64,000 nucleotides of DNA from Lytechinus pictus. Taxonomy: Eukaryota. The position numbers and the translations under genes are program-made. Of the stretch, positions 25,201-38,029 are shown piece by piece. Below the pieces are notes generated by a model that worked only from the letters and a program-made list of their open reading frames with translations, was not told the DNA's origin and ran no database searches. The stretch spans positions 22,010,001-22,074,000 of the forward strand of contig NC_087245.1 in NCBI RefSeq assembly GCF_037042905.1, in the 5' to 3' direction. Every line of letters starts with the position of its first letter. The stretch's first letter is position 1.

Positions 25201-28200
25201 CATTTACCATGACAGCCAAGCCAATCACAGCTCATCATTTAGCATCAATTGTATTCCTTGTTTCTAGTATATATTGTTTTATTCTATTGATCTGTTGATT
25301 AATGCGATTTTACTCAGATGAGTGCATGTCGAAAAGCTTCAGTATGTCCGTTTCTAAGCACATCAAGATTTTAATTTACATATGCTATAAAAAAATTGTC
25401 TTGTTGGTGTCATTTTATTACAGACTCAAATTCATAAACACATGTACATAGGAAGTCTACCATGGATAATAAAGACCATGGATAATAAAGGCCATACAAG
25501 CCAAATGAAACTTACCTAATATAAAGCTGCCTGGAGCAAACACACAAACACTGAAGGCATAAATACAATGAAGTCTATCTACATCACTAAAAATTCAGGA
25601 TAAAAGAGAACATGAAAGAAAGAATGGTTAATCACTTAATCATATTCATTCATGGTTGATATGACTTGGTAAAGTTTGAAAATCAATAGGTTACATTTGA
25701 CTTAATTTAAATTCCCATGTAATGACTAAGACTTGTGACATTTATTACAGAATTTGCAATTCTTATTTTATTCAGCAAGTACGGTAAAACAGCATGATTT
25801 AATTGAACTACATGCTCATAATTTGCCACTACCTTATTTGGTATTTTCTACAAAGTTATTCTTGCTTAGTACTATTACTCTATTTTTGTATATCCACCTA
25901 TATACTCCCTCTCCTTTCCCTACCTCCTTCCTTTCTCCCTCTCTTCTCAATACCCCCCTCACTCCCTCACTCCTTCTTTTCCTTCCTTCCTCCCTCCCTC
26001 TCTTCCTCCCCCCCCCCCCTCTCCATCTCTATCTTCTCCATTCCCCCTCCCTCCCTCCCAAAGCTCTTCATTCCCTAAAAAAAAAACTTGAAATACTTTA
26101 CTTCATAAGAAATGTTTTCTGCCATTTCATATATATTGCACTTTGACTTGAGACAATGACATGTAGAAACATCCACTTGTAGCCACTCTGGTCATACTGT
26201 CAATGGAAATCATTTGAAAAGAAAGAAGAAATCAAAACATTGTAAACATGATTAAAAATCCATTTAACAACATTTTATTTATACTTTTTTGGTCTGCATC
26301 AACAAGAAATGCTTATTTTAAAGCAATATGTCAATTTCATCAAGTTAGGTTATCTTAAACCAAAGAGTTCCATAAGTATACAACTCCCTCAAAAGTGAAT
26401 TTCTAATAAAATAAATACAAGATAATCAACAATGGCTACTGAATGTATCGGGACATAATTTGTTTAGGCATTAAGATATCGACACATTCATCAATATCCG
26501 TTACAGAGCAATCGCCAAGTTCCACTTTATAGTCAACTCAGATTTTTTTTAAAAATTATTCTACTTTTCATGATCTTGACATTAATTTGTTTGTATTAAA
26601 ACAAACATTAAATAGATGTTAAAATAAAAAAATAAAGAGTTTACTTTATATCCAAGTTAATCCAACTAACCTGTGGATCTGTCAGCCATATTGTAATACC
26701 AGAAGCAGTCATAATTAGCCAACTAAAATTAGATTAAAATATTTGAGGAATAAAAATAATGATAATTTATCCAAATTATGATGTGCTAGCTATCTAAATG
26801 CCTATTAAATGGTGCACATTTATCCAAATGAATCTCAATGCCATTCATTAATTCCAGTGTGGTTATACCATAACATCGAAAAGCACTGTATTATTATCAT
26901 AAATTGTCAAATTAATACAAATTAATATTTCTATCATTGATAGATTTTCCTGGCATTATTTTTTTTTCAAACTAACACATAAGAATGCTTGCATGCTGGA
27001 GTATATACATGTAGAGTATATGAGGAATACCAGCATCAATGAAGCACAAAATAAAGCAGAATAAGATTAAAGGGTATAGAAGGAAAATGAATCTTAAGTT
27101 TCTGTTAAATAAAAAATAATAACATACTGTATAAGCAGTGATAGAGGTGACCTTGACAATTGTTTGTTAAATAACAAAAAAAATCATTCATATGCGGTGA
27201 TATAGATAACCTTGACAACTGTTCAGTGACCCTAATTGTTCTTCTGATTAGCATACAAGAGTCGGTTCTTATTGATCTATAAAATGGTTCTTGAGCACAT
27301 GCCATTTGGACCTATAGGACCTAAACAAGTACACATGCAAAGTTGCAACTTAAAACTTAATTTGACTTAAGACATGGTCTTATTCTGTGTTTAAACTATT
27401 AATAGTCAAATGCGATACAAACTATTATTACTTTTCTTCAATTTTTTTTTTATTCATCAATATAATGTTATACTCAATCAACTGAACACTGTCTGAAAAT
27501 GATGCCTACAATAGTTGTATGAAATTAACCACAGAAGTATAAATTAAAAGTACATGCAGTGAAAGTAATAAATTCTGGACATGTTTTGCTTCCCAGAAGA
27601 GATCTTTGACCATGGCTTAAGTGTAAAGTTTATAACACATTCCCTGGGTCTAGTGAAGATTAAAGTGAAGAGTCATGCATGTAGCTTACCTACAAGCTAC
27701 CTGTGGCTTGGGATTCTGTTTATGAATCAAGGCAGCTACTATTGATGTTATCACCTCCACTTGTCCTTGCAGACAAAGAAAGATAGGAATCGGCTAGTCA
27801 TGAGAGAGAGAGAGAGAGAATGAGTGGGAGATAGATAAAATAGAGAGAGAAAGAAAGAGATGGATAAATTGATATAATAACAATAGGCATTTATATAGCG
27901 TCATCTATCTAGAAATATTCTATTCCGAGGCGTGTTGTTATTATTATTATTACCCCGGCTTTATCCCGAACTGCCTTTCAGCGTTCATGCATTCAAGGAA
28001 TTAATCCTGCCGGATACGCTGCCGGATACGCATTCACCTCACCTGGGTTGAGTGCAGTACAATGTGGATAAATTTCTTGCTGAAGGAAATTACGCCATGG
28101 CTGGGATTCGAACCCACAACCCACTGTTCCAAAGTAAGAAGACTAATCCACTGGGCCACAATACTCCACAATGTGTTTGTTTCTTCATTTATCAAACATC

Positions 28201-31200
28201 TACAAAAAGTGTCATCACAATATACATAATTCATAAAATGTGTACATTCAGATAAAAGTGAAATACACCAAAAATCAAGTTGAGATGAGAACTATAAGAA
28301 GGCAAAAAATACTTTTGAGTTCCTGTTACAGAAACATGTTTTTTAACATAAACAATAGATAAAACTTAAACCAGATGAAACAGGCACAAATCTTTAATAA
28401 ATTCTTATCACTCAGCTTACCAATCTTGCAAGTGCCCTTGATCCTGAATAGATCCCACACACAAACAGAACCATTGCAGGAAGCCATTGAAAGTATGCAG
28501 ATCTACAAAATATACAGAAATAAGGTATAATATCTAGGGACAGTGATTTTCCGTTTAAAAAAATTTCCTTTTCCGTTTCAGAAAATCTCAAATTCCGTTT
28601 CAGCATGTCAGAAAACGGAAATTCCGTTTCCCCATAGACTTTGTACACACGGAAAAGTGACAATTCCGTTTACACATTGAATAGCAAAATCACATCATGT
28701 ACACTTGCACTGGTCAAAATTTGTATCTGCTACTGTACCAACAACACAATAGAATCCGTTCTAATCGGATCTATGCGGATGCATAAAATATTTTTACAAA
28801 CCCATTTAGCATGCATACATCCTCACCTTTCACATTATTAGCATTATTTCACGGTGAAATGATATTTCATCGATGATTTTGGGTTTTTTTGGACATCGTT
28901 ATCATCAGTCAACGGCTTTTGCCAATCCGCCATCTTGGATTTTAAGACCACGATATCGTGCTGTTACATCTTCAAACGTAGAGGGCAGCAACACACGACC
29001 GTGTAGTTGAACGATATGTGTGCATGTGAAGCCCAACCCGGCCGGCTGGCCGGGTACGGGGTACAATCGAGTGTGCTGATGTCGAGTGCAGTCACGATGT
29101 GTGAATTGTCATTATAGTAGCGAAGTGAGATCGTGTTTTCTGGGGTTTTGTGGCCATTTAATATTCTCATTTTGTTGTGATTTTGGAGTAATTTCTGTTG
29201 CTATTCTGTGTATTTTGAGGGAAAATACGTTTTCCGTGATTTTCCGTTTGAAATGCCACTTTTCGTTTCAAAAGGCCCTTTCCGTGAATTCCGTCCGTTT
29301 TCCGCGATTGCGGAAAATCACTGTCCCTAAATATCTAATAATCAAACGGTCTGAAGTCTCTGAAGAGGGGTTGAAAGAATACTACACTGCACAAGTAGAG
29401 TGTAAATATTCACATTAAAATAGTTTATGCCTTAATAATAGTTAAAATCCAAATGAACAACAAATTAAGACATCTTAAAATTGATACGGATCAGACATGC
29501 CATCTTTTTGTCCAGATGCAAGCTAAAAATGCTTAATATTGGTACATAATAGCTAGATGATCCTAAATAAATAGCCCACCCCCCTCGTCTTTATGAGGTG
29601 ACTGAACACGCCCATGTCTGAAATTTCCTCTCCTTCTACTCCATTCTTTTGTTATATACTTACGAACTGATGTTGCTGCTAAGCTCAATGTGACCAAGGG
29701 AAGCAACAAATCGAAGCACCAGAAACCCAATAAGGGTTTGCCAACCTTGAAAGAGGGTTGGATAGGTGAATCCAAGGACCCACAGCACATACTGTTTCAA
29801 AAAGAAAAAAAATCAATAGACCTTGAATGATACACATTTGATAGTTCAAGCCATAACCACTGTCATTTAAAGAATACAAAACTTTTATTTTAAATTCTAA
29901 CTGAATCCAGGGTGAAAATAAATGAGATGCATAGATCAAGTTTTAATTTTAAAAACAAAAAAAAAGGTACAAGGGCAATCTGGTGAATGAACAAAAATGA
30001 CACCCTGGTCATAATAGACTGAATATGCTGAATCAAAATATAAAGGGCAAATTCATATAAAAATAATTCAAAATCAAAGCACTGTTTTGAGGGAATAATA
30101 TATTGCTCCTATGGGACATACATGTAGACTAGGTCCTGTAGGGGAAGAAACAAGAATTTTTTTAAAAATGTTTTAAAACCCCTCTCGACAGATTTCAGCG
30201 GTCTAGTCTCACAAATGCACACATGCATGCTCTCTCAAGAACATCAACAATCTTACTTTTTGCATTGGAAATGCATGTGATCATCCATTGGTACATTAGA
30301 CTAAACAAAGTTAGGCATACTGCGTTGACAATACTACTGCCATGGCATGGATGCCAAGTTTTTTCTCTCTATAATAATCATGCAGTCATCATGACTCATG
30401 AAAAAGAACTCGAAAGTCACTGCCTGCTGCCCTGGGATGGGACATTCTCTCAGAATTGACTGAAAATAGATGTTCATGGAACTTTCATTTGTTTTTCTTT
30501 TTGGGAAATTTTGATACTCTTATACAAAACCAGGTTACTCACCCCCCCCCCCCCCCCCCCCGGGCACTCACATTTATTGGTGGTACGGGGACATGCCGCT
30601 TTGACGACCCCCTTTAACAGACCTAATTTTCAAATCCCTAGATACTCTAAATGACAAAAGTTTTGTTCAGAAGCCGCCCCTCCCCCTCGCAAGATTCGTT
30701 ACGAAACATCTCAGTTCCCCAGCCCTGCCAAAATTGTCCAGCGCAAGCACCGCATGCGAGAGCTGCACGCACAGCTTCACAACCCCCTCCTCAGTAGCCA
30801 CCAGCAGCTCCATGCCCACATACACATGCACAGCGTAAGAGTGCATTGTACCTACAGTACCGCGATCGCGTTCCGTAGACCCACTCATTCAATGAAAAAA
30901 GGTTATGATATCACCTTATTCTCTGTTAGTATTCCATGTGTGGCAAAATAAAGTTGGCAATGTTTGGAACAAATGCTTGATTGTTTGACACTGTCAGATT
31001 CCATTAAAGCTACTCATCATATAACTTGGCTCTTCAGTAAATTTTTTCTAAATTAGAGATTGAAAAATGAAATTTTTTTGCCATATTGCTTTCCACCAAT
31101 AGAAGGCGTACACAAAAATATGCCCGAAATTCATGTTTTTGAGCGCTCTGGTGAATACAAAACTTATTTACCTTGGAAGTAGGCATAAAGTTATACACAA

Positions 31201-34200
31201 CTTATTTGCCCCTCTGTATCCAAATGTTGGTACCTAAAACTTATTTGGCGTTGAACAGCATGGGTAGAGCATGGACAATTTTCATCTGGATTGTACATGT
31301 TCAGGGACCTTTTCCACACCTTATTCCCAAGGTACTAATAAAAAAATACATTGCGACTGTATGGAATTAGTAATTTTGGTCACAAAAGTGTTATTTTAAT
31401 GATTTTTTAAAGTGTGTGTTGTGTACTGCATTGGCATACCCTACTTGTAGATTCCCCACAGGCAGGATGGTTGCAGTGAGCAAGTGCGTAGACCCTGGTT
31501 TTCAAACCACCCAGTATATATTCAGTTAACAAGACCCCGTATTTTACCCTTGTAGTTGTAGTCAGTTCCTTAGACCGCCATTTCAGGGTTTCATGAGACA
31601 TGTCGTGAGGTACACCCCCATCAAAATTGAGTGCCCCCCTCCCCTGGGGTTACCCCTGGGATTCTTGACAGAGTCGGGCGCCTGAGCTGAGCTCCGCCAC
31701 CAAACACAGGCAATGGCAAAGCAACAATTTGGCAATGCGCCAGGGCAGGCACGGACCTAGACCAAAAGCTTCTGTCTCTGTTATATTGGTTGTTTTGCTG
31801 AACTCCGTTTGCTCCACTCACCAATTACAGAGACCAAGGTTTGAACTAACTCGATCTGTACAGGACTCGATAAGTTTTATTGCGAATCGGCCAATATCAA
31901 CAGAGCTGAGGAAGCTGAACCGCAAAGCATGATATGATTAAAAAGGGGGCAGAGACCACAGTGCACATGCGCAGAGCTAGCTAACTTGCCTCCTTTTCGA
32001 TCCCATGATGCATTGCGGTTCTGATTAGCGATAAACCTTATGGCCATATGTTAATGTATTAAGTTTGGATATACCAGGGAAGTGGAGTTGCGCGCCAGCC
32101 GAAGTCACTGTTTTGGGGTTTTTTTAAGTTTATTTTTCCGTTTTGGTGCATTTCAAGCCAAAACAAATCGGTACTAGCCTAACGTTAGGCCCCTAGCCTC
32201 ACTCACACTACTAGTACGAGGTTAGTATGCTATACTAACCTCGTACACCGAAACGCGTTTGGCCCTGGATTTCTATTCTATTCAGAAAACATCGCTTCAT
32301 TACAGAAGTAATATTTGCCGAAACTCCTTCTCGCTACTCTACGGGCTCTTTCCGGTGAGTTGCCATACCCTACAATCGTTTGTTTTTTTTAATCAAAAAA
32401 TAAAATTCATATAAAAAGAGGAAATTTTCTGACCTTGGCCTGGAAAGTGACTTCGCATGTCTCTTCTACGGAAATAAAAGGAAGCCCGATGGTGGCGCTA
32501 ATAAATTTTACAGCCTTGATTCAGCTCCTCGATAATTTTATTACTGTGTCTAATCCTTTGAATGGGCAATTCTTATGATTACTTGATTAAATATGGGCAC
32601 CAATGAATGAAATAATTTCGAAAACATAATTTAAGATTATTATTGGCGATTACACTTTTATATTTTTATGCAAATAATTTAATACGATGACTAGATCCAA
32701 ATTTAAAAATAAATAGAAGAATCTACGTACCTTGAAAAAAACCAGCAGTACAAGCTTTGTTCGTTCGTCAATACTACGGTCTACCAAAGTCTATACAATG
32801 AAAAGATTGGACACTCCACGGACTTCGCGTAATGCTTTGCATCGATTTGCGTGTAAAATAGTTAAGCCCGGGGGGGGGGGGGGGCACTCAGTATATAATG
32901 CATAGTGGGTATGTGCCGCGGAGGGGACCCCCATTTTTACACTCAAATTTCCGTTCCAAGGCATAGCATTTTTGTCTTATTGAGAAAAAGAACAAAGAAA
33001 GCCGCTCCAAGGCATAGCATTTCCTTCTTATCGAGAAAAAAGAAGAAAGAAATCCGCTCCAAAGCTTCGCATATTTTTCGTTACGCCGTTCCGGTCGCAT
33101 TGATCTGCTACAATTTTGGTGAAAAGCTGCCGTAGAGCGCTTTTCGAACATCGCCTAAGCGCGAGCGCACCGGCAGAGGCCGCGCTAGCTGCGTCATGCA
33201 CGATTGCCCGTTCCATAGGGATGCATACGCACTCACAGAGATACGGAGATCCGTTCCGAGGACCCCCGTTTTCACAAACATTTGTAGTTCAGAAGCCCAT
33301 TCAGAGGACCCTCCTTTTTACAATAAGCCCGCTCCAAGGCCCCCGTTTTTTGCCTCGCCCGCGGCACACCCCTACCACTTTTTTGGTCGAGTGCCCCCCC
33401 CCCCCCCGGGAGCACTCCTAGTACCAATGAGGTCCAAACATTAACATGTATGGACCTCATAGGCGACAATGCGTTAAAAACAGGTTAGAAGTCCTGCACC
33501 CAAGTATTTTTATGATATTAGTGATTATTACTCGAAAAATGCAAGCTTTGTCCTCATTTGTTTAGCATTTATTAAAAAATTACCCATTAACTATAATCCT
33601 ACTCATATTCTAAATGTTATAAAATAAAGGGAAACTTACATTTGAGTCCTTTTTCGATCTTTTCTTGGCAGTCAGTCCGGTCCCGTCGAGTGCGATCAAA
33701 GCGGTACGAAGCTGATTTTCAGATCACGTGATACGAGTAGTCATCACCTGATCGATCGACTATCCTTTTTTAAAGACCGCAACAATTATAAATTTTATTA
33801 TAAAATATATATAGAATAAATAATTGCATGATATTATATATATTTCTACAATTAAAAATATTTTGTGATATGAATTTAATATTTGACGTAAAAATCGCTA
33901 TTTAACAAAATATTTATTAAAAAATAAAAATCAAACAAAATAAAAACGCCTTGGACACAGTGCAAAAAACCTAACAATTTGGCCGCGTTCTTAACAACTA
34001 TCGTAAGGGGCGCTCTATTTATAAATAAAGTTGCATATGTAGCTGTCTACCGCGACAGGAACAGCCGCAGAATTGAAGCCAGAAGCGTGGGAAATTGCCA
34101 GAAAATTCAAGAAAAGAACCGGTGAGTACCGATTTAACAGTACTAATTCATTAAGTAACATTTATTGAATCATTACAAGATTTATTTTTTAGTAAAACAA

Positions 34201-34732
34201 AGCTTAGTTCTAAGCTAGGGCGGCCCAAATGCGCGTGAGTGGAGTCCCAGTTTATCAGCACGGGTAAGTATTGGGGTGTCGCCTAGAGTGCCCGGGAGTT
34301 AAGTTAAGCCTTATATTAAGCCAGGTGCCTAGTTTTTCCCTTGGGCTTGGCCTTGTAGTTGTATTGTTCTTTAGGCTAAAAATTGATGTTGTCGCCGTGG
34401 GACAGGCAGCGACGTCAAGAGCAAGAAAATATGAGGAACAGGGAAAATAAAAAAGAAGTAACCGACCACAGGATTTCACTTTGGCCCTATCCTAGGCCTA
34501 CACTGATTTGAATACGTGGGACACACAACACTCAACAGATTAACCGACAGATGGAGATCTAGATCTACCGGTAGATCACTAACCTCGCAATACGTGTGAG
34601 TGCCAGTAGATAATATTTGGATCATAACAATAAAATAAAATCACAAGAATCAAAACAAACAGTTACCTTGTTTACCAACACGGTACAGATGTACAAAATG
34701 CAGTAAAGAATGGGAAGCCACAGCGAAGCCAT
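19285..34732 (-). CDS. TMEM241: TMEM241 / SLC35D4-like nucleotide-sugar transporter, 10 coding exons, 318 aa
   Basis: Exons (minus): 34732-34667, 29791-29664, 28502-28421, 27793-27690, 26722-26671, 26196-26102, 25586-25516, 24314-24245, 20839-20681, 19414-19285. All GT-AG, phases consistent, 957 nt. Product MASLWLPILYCILYICTVLVNK|YVLWVLGFTYPTLFQGWQTLIG...WLPAMVLFVCGIYSGSRALARL|PIPIFL... matches the TMEM241 signature as I recall it (NKYVLSVLKFTYPTLFQGWQT, IYAGSRALSRL). Confidence 0.93.
19790..20615. mobile_element. Helentron-associated (HINE)-like element with an internal ~163-bp tandem array
   Basis: Subterminal inverted repeats GTCTCGCCTGCAT (~19812) and ATGCAGGCGAGAC (~20601), a terminal hairpin gtctcgc...gcgagac, a GCC microsatellite and ~3.3 copies of a 163-bp unit (starts ~20001, 20164, 20327, 20490). 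Lies in TMEM241 intron 9. Confidence 0.7.
22227..22496. mobile_element. MITE with CTG TSD
   Basis: TIRs gccccgtcttacaaagagttacgattgatc / gatcaatcgcaactctttgtgagacggggc, with CTG on both sides. Confidence 0.8.
23113..23510. mobile_element. Near-fully palindromic MITE (~400 bp)
   Basis: Arms ggcccgaattcacaaa...ttatgcagatttcctgtataa and ttatacaggaaatctgcataag...tttgtgaatttaggcc; centre gagtccactg...cagtggactc. Confidence 0.8.
24630..25128. repeat. Tandem array of a 32-bp unit (two related 16-mers), ~15 copies
   Basis: Consensus GACCAACTGGGCATTT-GACTAAATGGAAATTA repeated. Lies in TMEM241 intron 7. Confidence 0.9.
27880..28168 (-). mobile_element. tRNA-derived SINE
   Basis: The minus strand has A box TGGCCCAGTGG and B box GGTTCGAATCC, a body containing caacccaggtg, and an (AAT)n-containing 3' region. 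Confidence 0.8.
28535..29329. mobile_element. Non-autonomous hAT-like element with 19-bp TIRs and apparent 6-bp TSD
   Basis: AATATC|TAGGGACAGTGATTTTCCG ... CGGAAAATCACTGTCCCTA|AATATC, with many subterminal TTCCGT motifs. Confidence 0.8.
30559..31649. mobile_element. Non-autonomous EnSpm/CMC-like element (probably with a nested insert)
   Basis: Termini cccgggcactca ... tgagtgccccccctcccctgggg, the same terminal type as 32867-33410. Confidence 0.55.
32867..33410. mobile_element. Non-autonomous EnSpm/CMC-like element with poly-G/poly-C TIRs and 2-bp TSD
   Basis: AG|CCCGGGGG...GGCACTC ... GAGTGCCCC...CCCGGG|AG. Confidence 0.8.
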
Positions 34733-36192
34733 ACATTCATTTCAATCCTCCCGCACGTCAACCATCTTAACACGTCACTCTCCTCTAGCTCTCTCTCGAT
34801 CTCGAATGATATCGACCATAAAGTACCAGCGAGCGAGCCGCGCCCATAATATATTATGCTGATATGGGTGAGCCGACTGAGCCCCATGCCATATATCGAG
34901 TATGAGCCAATTTTTTTTAGCTTAATTGCAAATTGTATCCTCTTTCAAATTCCCAAAATTGGCAAATATCACCAGCCAATTGTTTTGAAAGACATTATCA
35001 ATTGTACCAATACCAATTGTTTCTTTGAGGTTTTGACCGCCCCCATCAGCCCCCCCCCCCCCCCGATCGATCGATGCCGACGTGGATTAGAGAACCCCAG
35101 AATGCGAAGTATGAAGACAAAAATAGACGGTCTATAATGATGGATATGAAAATTAATGCTTCAGTATAGGGCGCGTTATACTCAGGGCAAATTTTTAAAG
35201 ATGACTTAGGGTAAAGTTGTGTGCCTCCTCGTGACGCCCTTGCACGTAAGGGCCACTCCCCCGGGGCCACTGCGGGAAGGTAGCAGTATGACCCCGTGTT
35301 AGTAGAAAATTAAATGCAACAAATATATATGTTTATGATTAATGAGGGTTAGTGCAAATAGATGATCATGCCTGATTAAAAAAATATATAAAAACAGGTA
35401 GGCCTATAACTAACATCAATAACAAGTACAAATATGTAGGCCTACAAACGTTTACACTCTATGCACCACAAGCACGCAAAGATATGAAACAAACCGGCAC
35501 AAATATTCACTAAATATTTACAAATATGCACAAAAATGCAAAAAGAAATAAAGCACAAGTGCCGCACAAATGGTATACCGCCGATAAAAGCCGAAGTTTG
35601 AACATAATGGAAGAAGAATTATTATTAGTATATTGCAACAATTATAATTATGTCAAGTACATTGCCCATTGGTAGCTGCTCCCTGCACTGCTGATGATTA
35701 TAATTGGCAGTAATGGTATAACGAAATACATGCATTTTGTTTTTGTTAAACAGAGCCCATCCTCCAGGGAGAATGTCGATAAAAGCTGAAGGTGCTAAGA
35801 TGGTTAAATATGAATCATCTTATCATTTGCTGGATCACACCCAACCAAAAAAAGAGAGTAAGTTGCAACTGTCGGCGGTTAAATTCACCTTGCCCCCTGG
35901 TAGACTGTTTGTTCATCTGTATCTTCCCTGGTCACGGTCGCCATCATAGCAATTGTCAGTAGAGCTCCCCTGAATGTGAAATGAATAGTATGATTAAACT
36001 ATTATTGAATATGTTAACATTTATCATTAAAATCCAGAACACCCCATCTGATAAATAAAGACTCAAGATTCGATTATTTATGAAAATTGATTATGAAATT
36101 CAATATATCAGTGTATATTATGCATTTCAATTAGAATTTGGCTTGATCAAATTTATATTAGGTTTTCCTTTCGAAATAATGTGATATACTAC

Positions 36193-37670
36193 AATAATAA
36201 TAATAATAATCATCATCATCATCATCATCAGTGTACGGAAGAAGAAGGCAAGCCTGTCGAGACTTCCGGTCGTTCCTTTTGATAGTACTTGTTCCAACTT
36301 GACTATTTTAAATGTCTTGTAAATTACACGCATGCATGTTGCGTGGAGGGTGGACGGATTCTTTTTATTTTTATTTTTTAGGGAAGAATTTGATGATGGC
36401 AAGACCAATGTTTGTCCAGCCTATGTTTGAAAGAGTCAATAGAGGGTGCCGACACAACAGATGGAGGAAGATTATTCCAAAGGTCTACAACCCTCTGACT
36501 AAAACTGTTCCTCCTTAAAGTGGTATAAGACCTCTGTTTAAACAGTTTTAGATGATGTCCTCTTGTTGTGTCTTGAATGGAAGGGATGAAATATACAGAA
36601 GAGTCAACATTAACAAGTCCATTCAAAATCTTAAATACCTCGATCATGTCTCCTCTTTGTCTTCTGTAGTGTAGTGAGTACATTCCAAGGCTTACAAGTC
36701 TATCCTGGTATGGCAAATGTCGCAATTCTGGGATTAGCTTTGTAGCTCTTCTCTGTACCTTTTCGATTTTAACAGCATCCTCCTTGAACCTTGGATGCCA
36801 CACTACATTTCCATATTCCAAAATAGGACGTACTAATGTCTTGAACAAGGTTGGCAATGTGTACTTGAGATGACAGTAAAAGTTCTTTTGATTAGTCCAA
36901 GCATCTGATTGGCTCTATTCACGATATGTGCTACATGTAAGTGGAATTTCAGCTCCTCATCAATCATGACTCCAAGATCCTTTTCTACAACAGATACTTG
37001 TAAAATCTGGTTGTTTATACTGTATGTTGTTCTAGTATTAACTCTTCCAATATGCATGGTTTTGCATTTAGCCTGGTTGAAGGAGAGTTGCCAGGATTGG
37101 GCCCATAAGGTTGCTGCGTCCAAGTCATCCTGTAGCGAGGTTTGTTGGTTTACAGAGACATCACCATATATCTTAGTGTCATCAGCACAGATTTGAATGT
37201 CATTACTAATCACATTTGGGAGGTCATTTACATATAAGACAAAGAGATGAGGTCCGAGAATACTCCCTTGAGGCACGCCACTAATCACAGGGGTCTATTG
37301 GGAGAAATCCCCACGAATCGACACTCTCTGTACACGTCCTACTAGAAAGGCTTTGATCCACTCAAAAACTCTGTGCTCGATGCCATATGCTTGTACTTTA
37401 TTAAGTAGTCGCTGATGAGGTACAGTATCAAAGGCCTTGCTAACATCAAGATATATTACATCTACAGGTCTCCCTTTATCCATAAGATATGTCCAGTCCT
37501 CCATTTGTCTCATAAGTTGCGAAATACATGACCTTCCAGAGGTAAATCCATGCTGGGCATTGTGTAACAATTTATTACTGTCAATATGGTCTATTAAAAC
37601 ATTGCGTATAATGGCCTCCATGACTTTGCCTATTACTGAAGTTAAACTTATGGGCCTGTCATCATAATTA
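36193..37670 (-). mobile_element. 5'-truncated CR1-type LINE (frameshifted ORF2 RT, 3' UTR and microsatellite tail)
   Basis: RPISLTS, AQHGF, DVIYLDVSKAFDTVPHQRL, GVPQGSILGP, CADDTKIY (YADD variant), KDLGV, VRPILEY and KVQRRATK across ORFs 37295-37720, 36833-37288 and 36378-36857. Ends in a (TGA)n(TTA)n tail. Confidence 0.92.
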
Positions 37671-38029
37671 TTAATGACAAGTTTTCGATATTCCACACAA
37701 AACCTACTCTCTAAGCACATATACCCGTTTGTAGAATCGCTTTTTTGCGTTACAGCGTTATTCCCTTTTCCTTAAACATTGACTTAAATTGGGAATTGTA
37801 GGAAACGGTCTTTCATGAATTTTGGTTTATGTCAAAGAGAGATGTCAAGTGCTTAAAATTGTCGATTATCACTTACCGTACCTTTATTACAGACAAGGAG
37901 TGAAATGATAATCAGAACTTAGCGATGGCTGGTTGTTGAGTATGATCTCAATAAAAACGTATAGTTGTTGACGAAGTAGGCAATGGTAAATGAACTGCAA
38001 CTCTTTGGGATGGGAGGATATTCGACCTT

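Noticed and set aside
25754-26146. ORFs 25754-26146 and 25803-26078
   Set aside because: Low-complexity CT-rich intron sequence, antisense to TMEM241.
28095-28168. tRNA gene
   Set aside because: The A/B boxes continue into a SINE body with a diverged copy at ~15470-15680; this is a SINE head.
32214-32246. loxP site or vector contamination
   Set aside because: It shares only GTATGCTATAC with loxP; the arms differ and no vector sequence is nearby.
35889-35969. Kringle-like exon (NCYDGDRDQGRYR*TNS)
   Set aside because: Short resemblance only, with an in-frame stop and no downstream kringle motifs found; not supportable.
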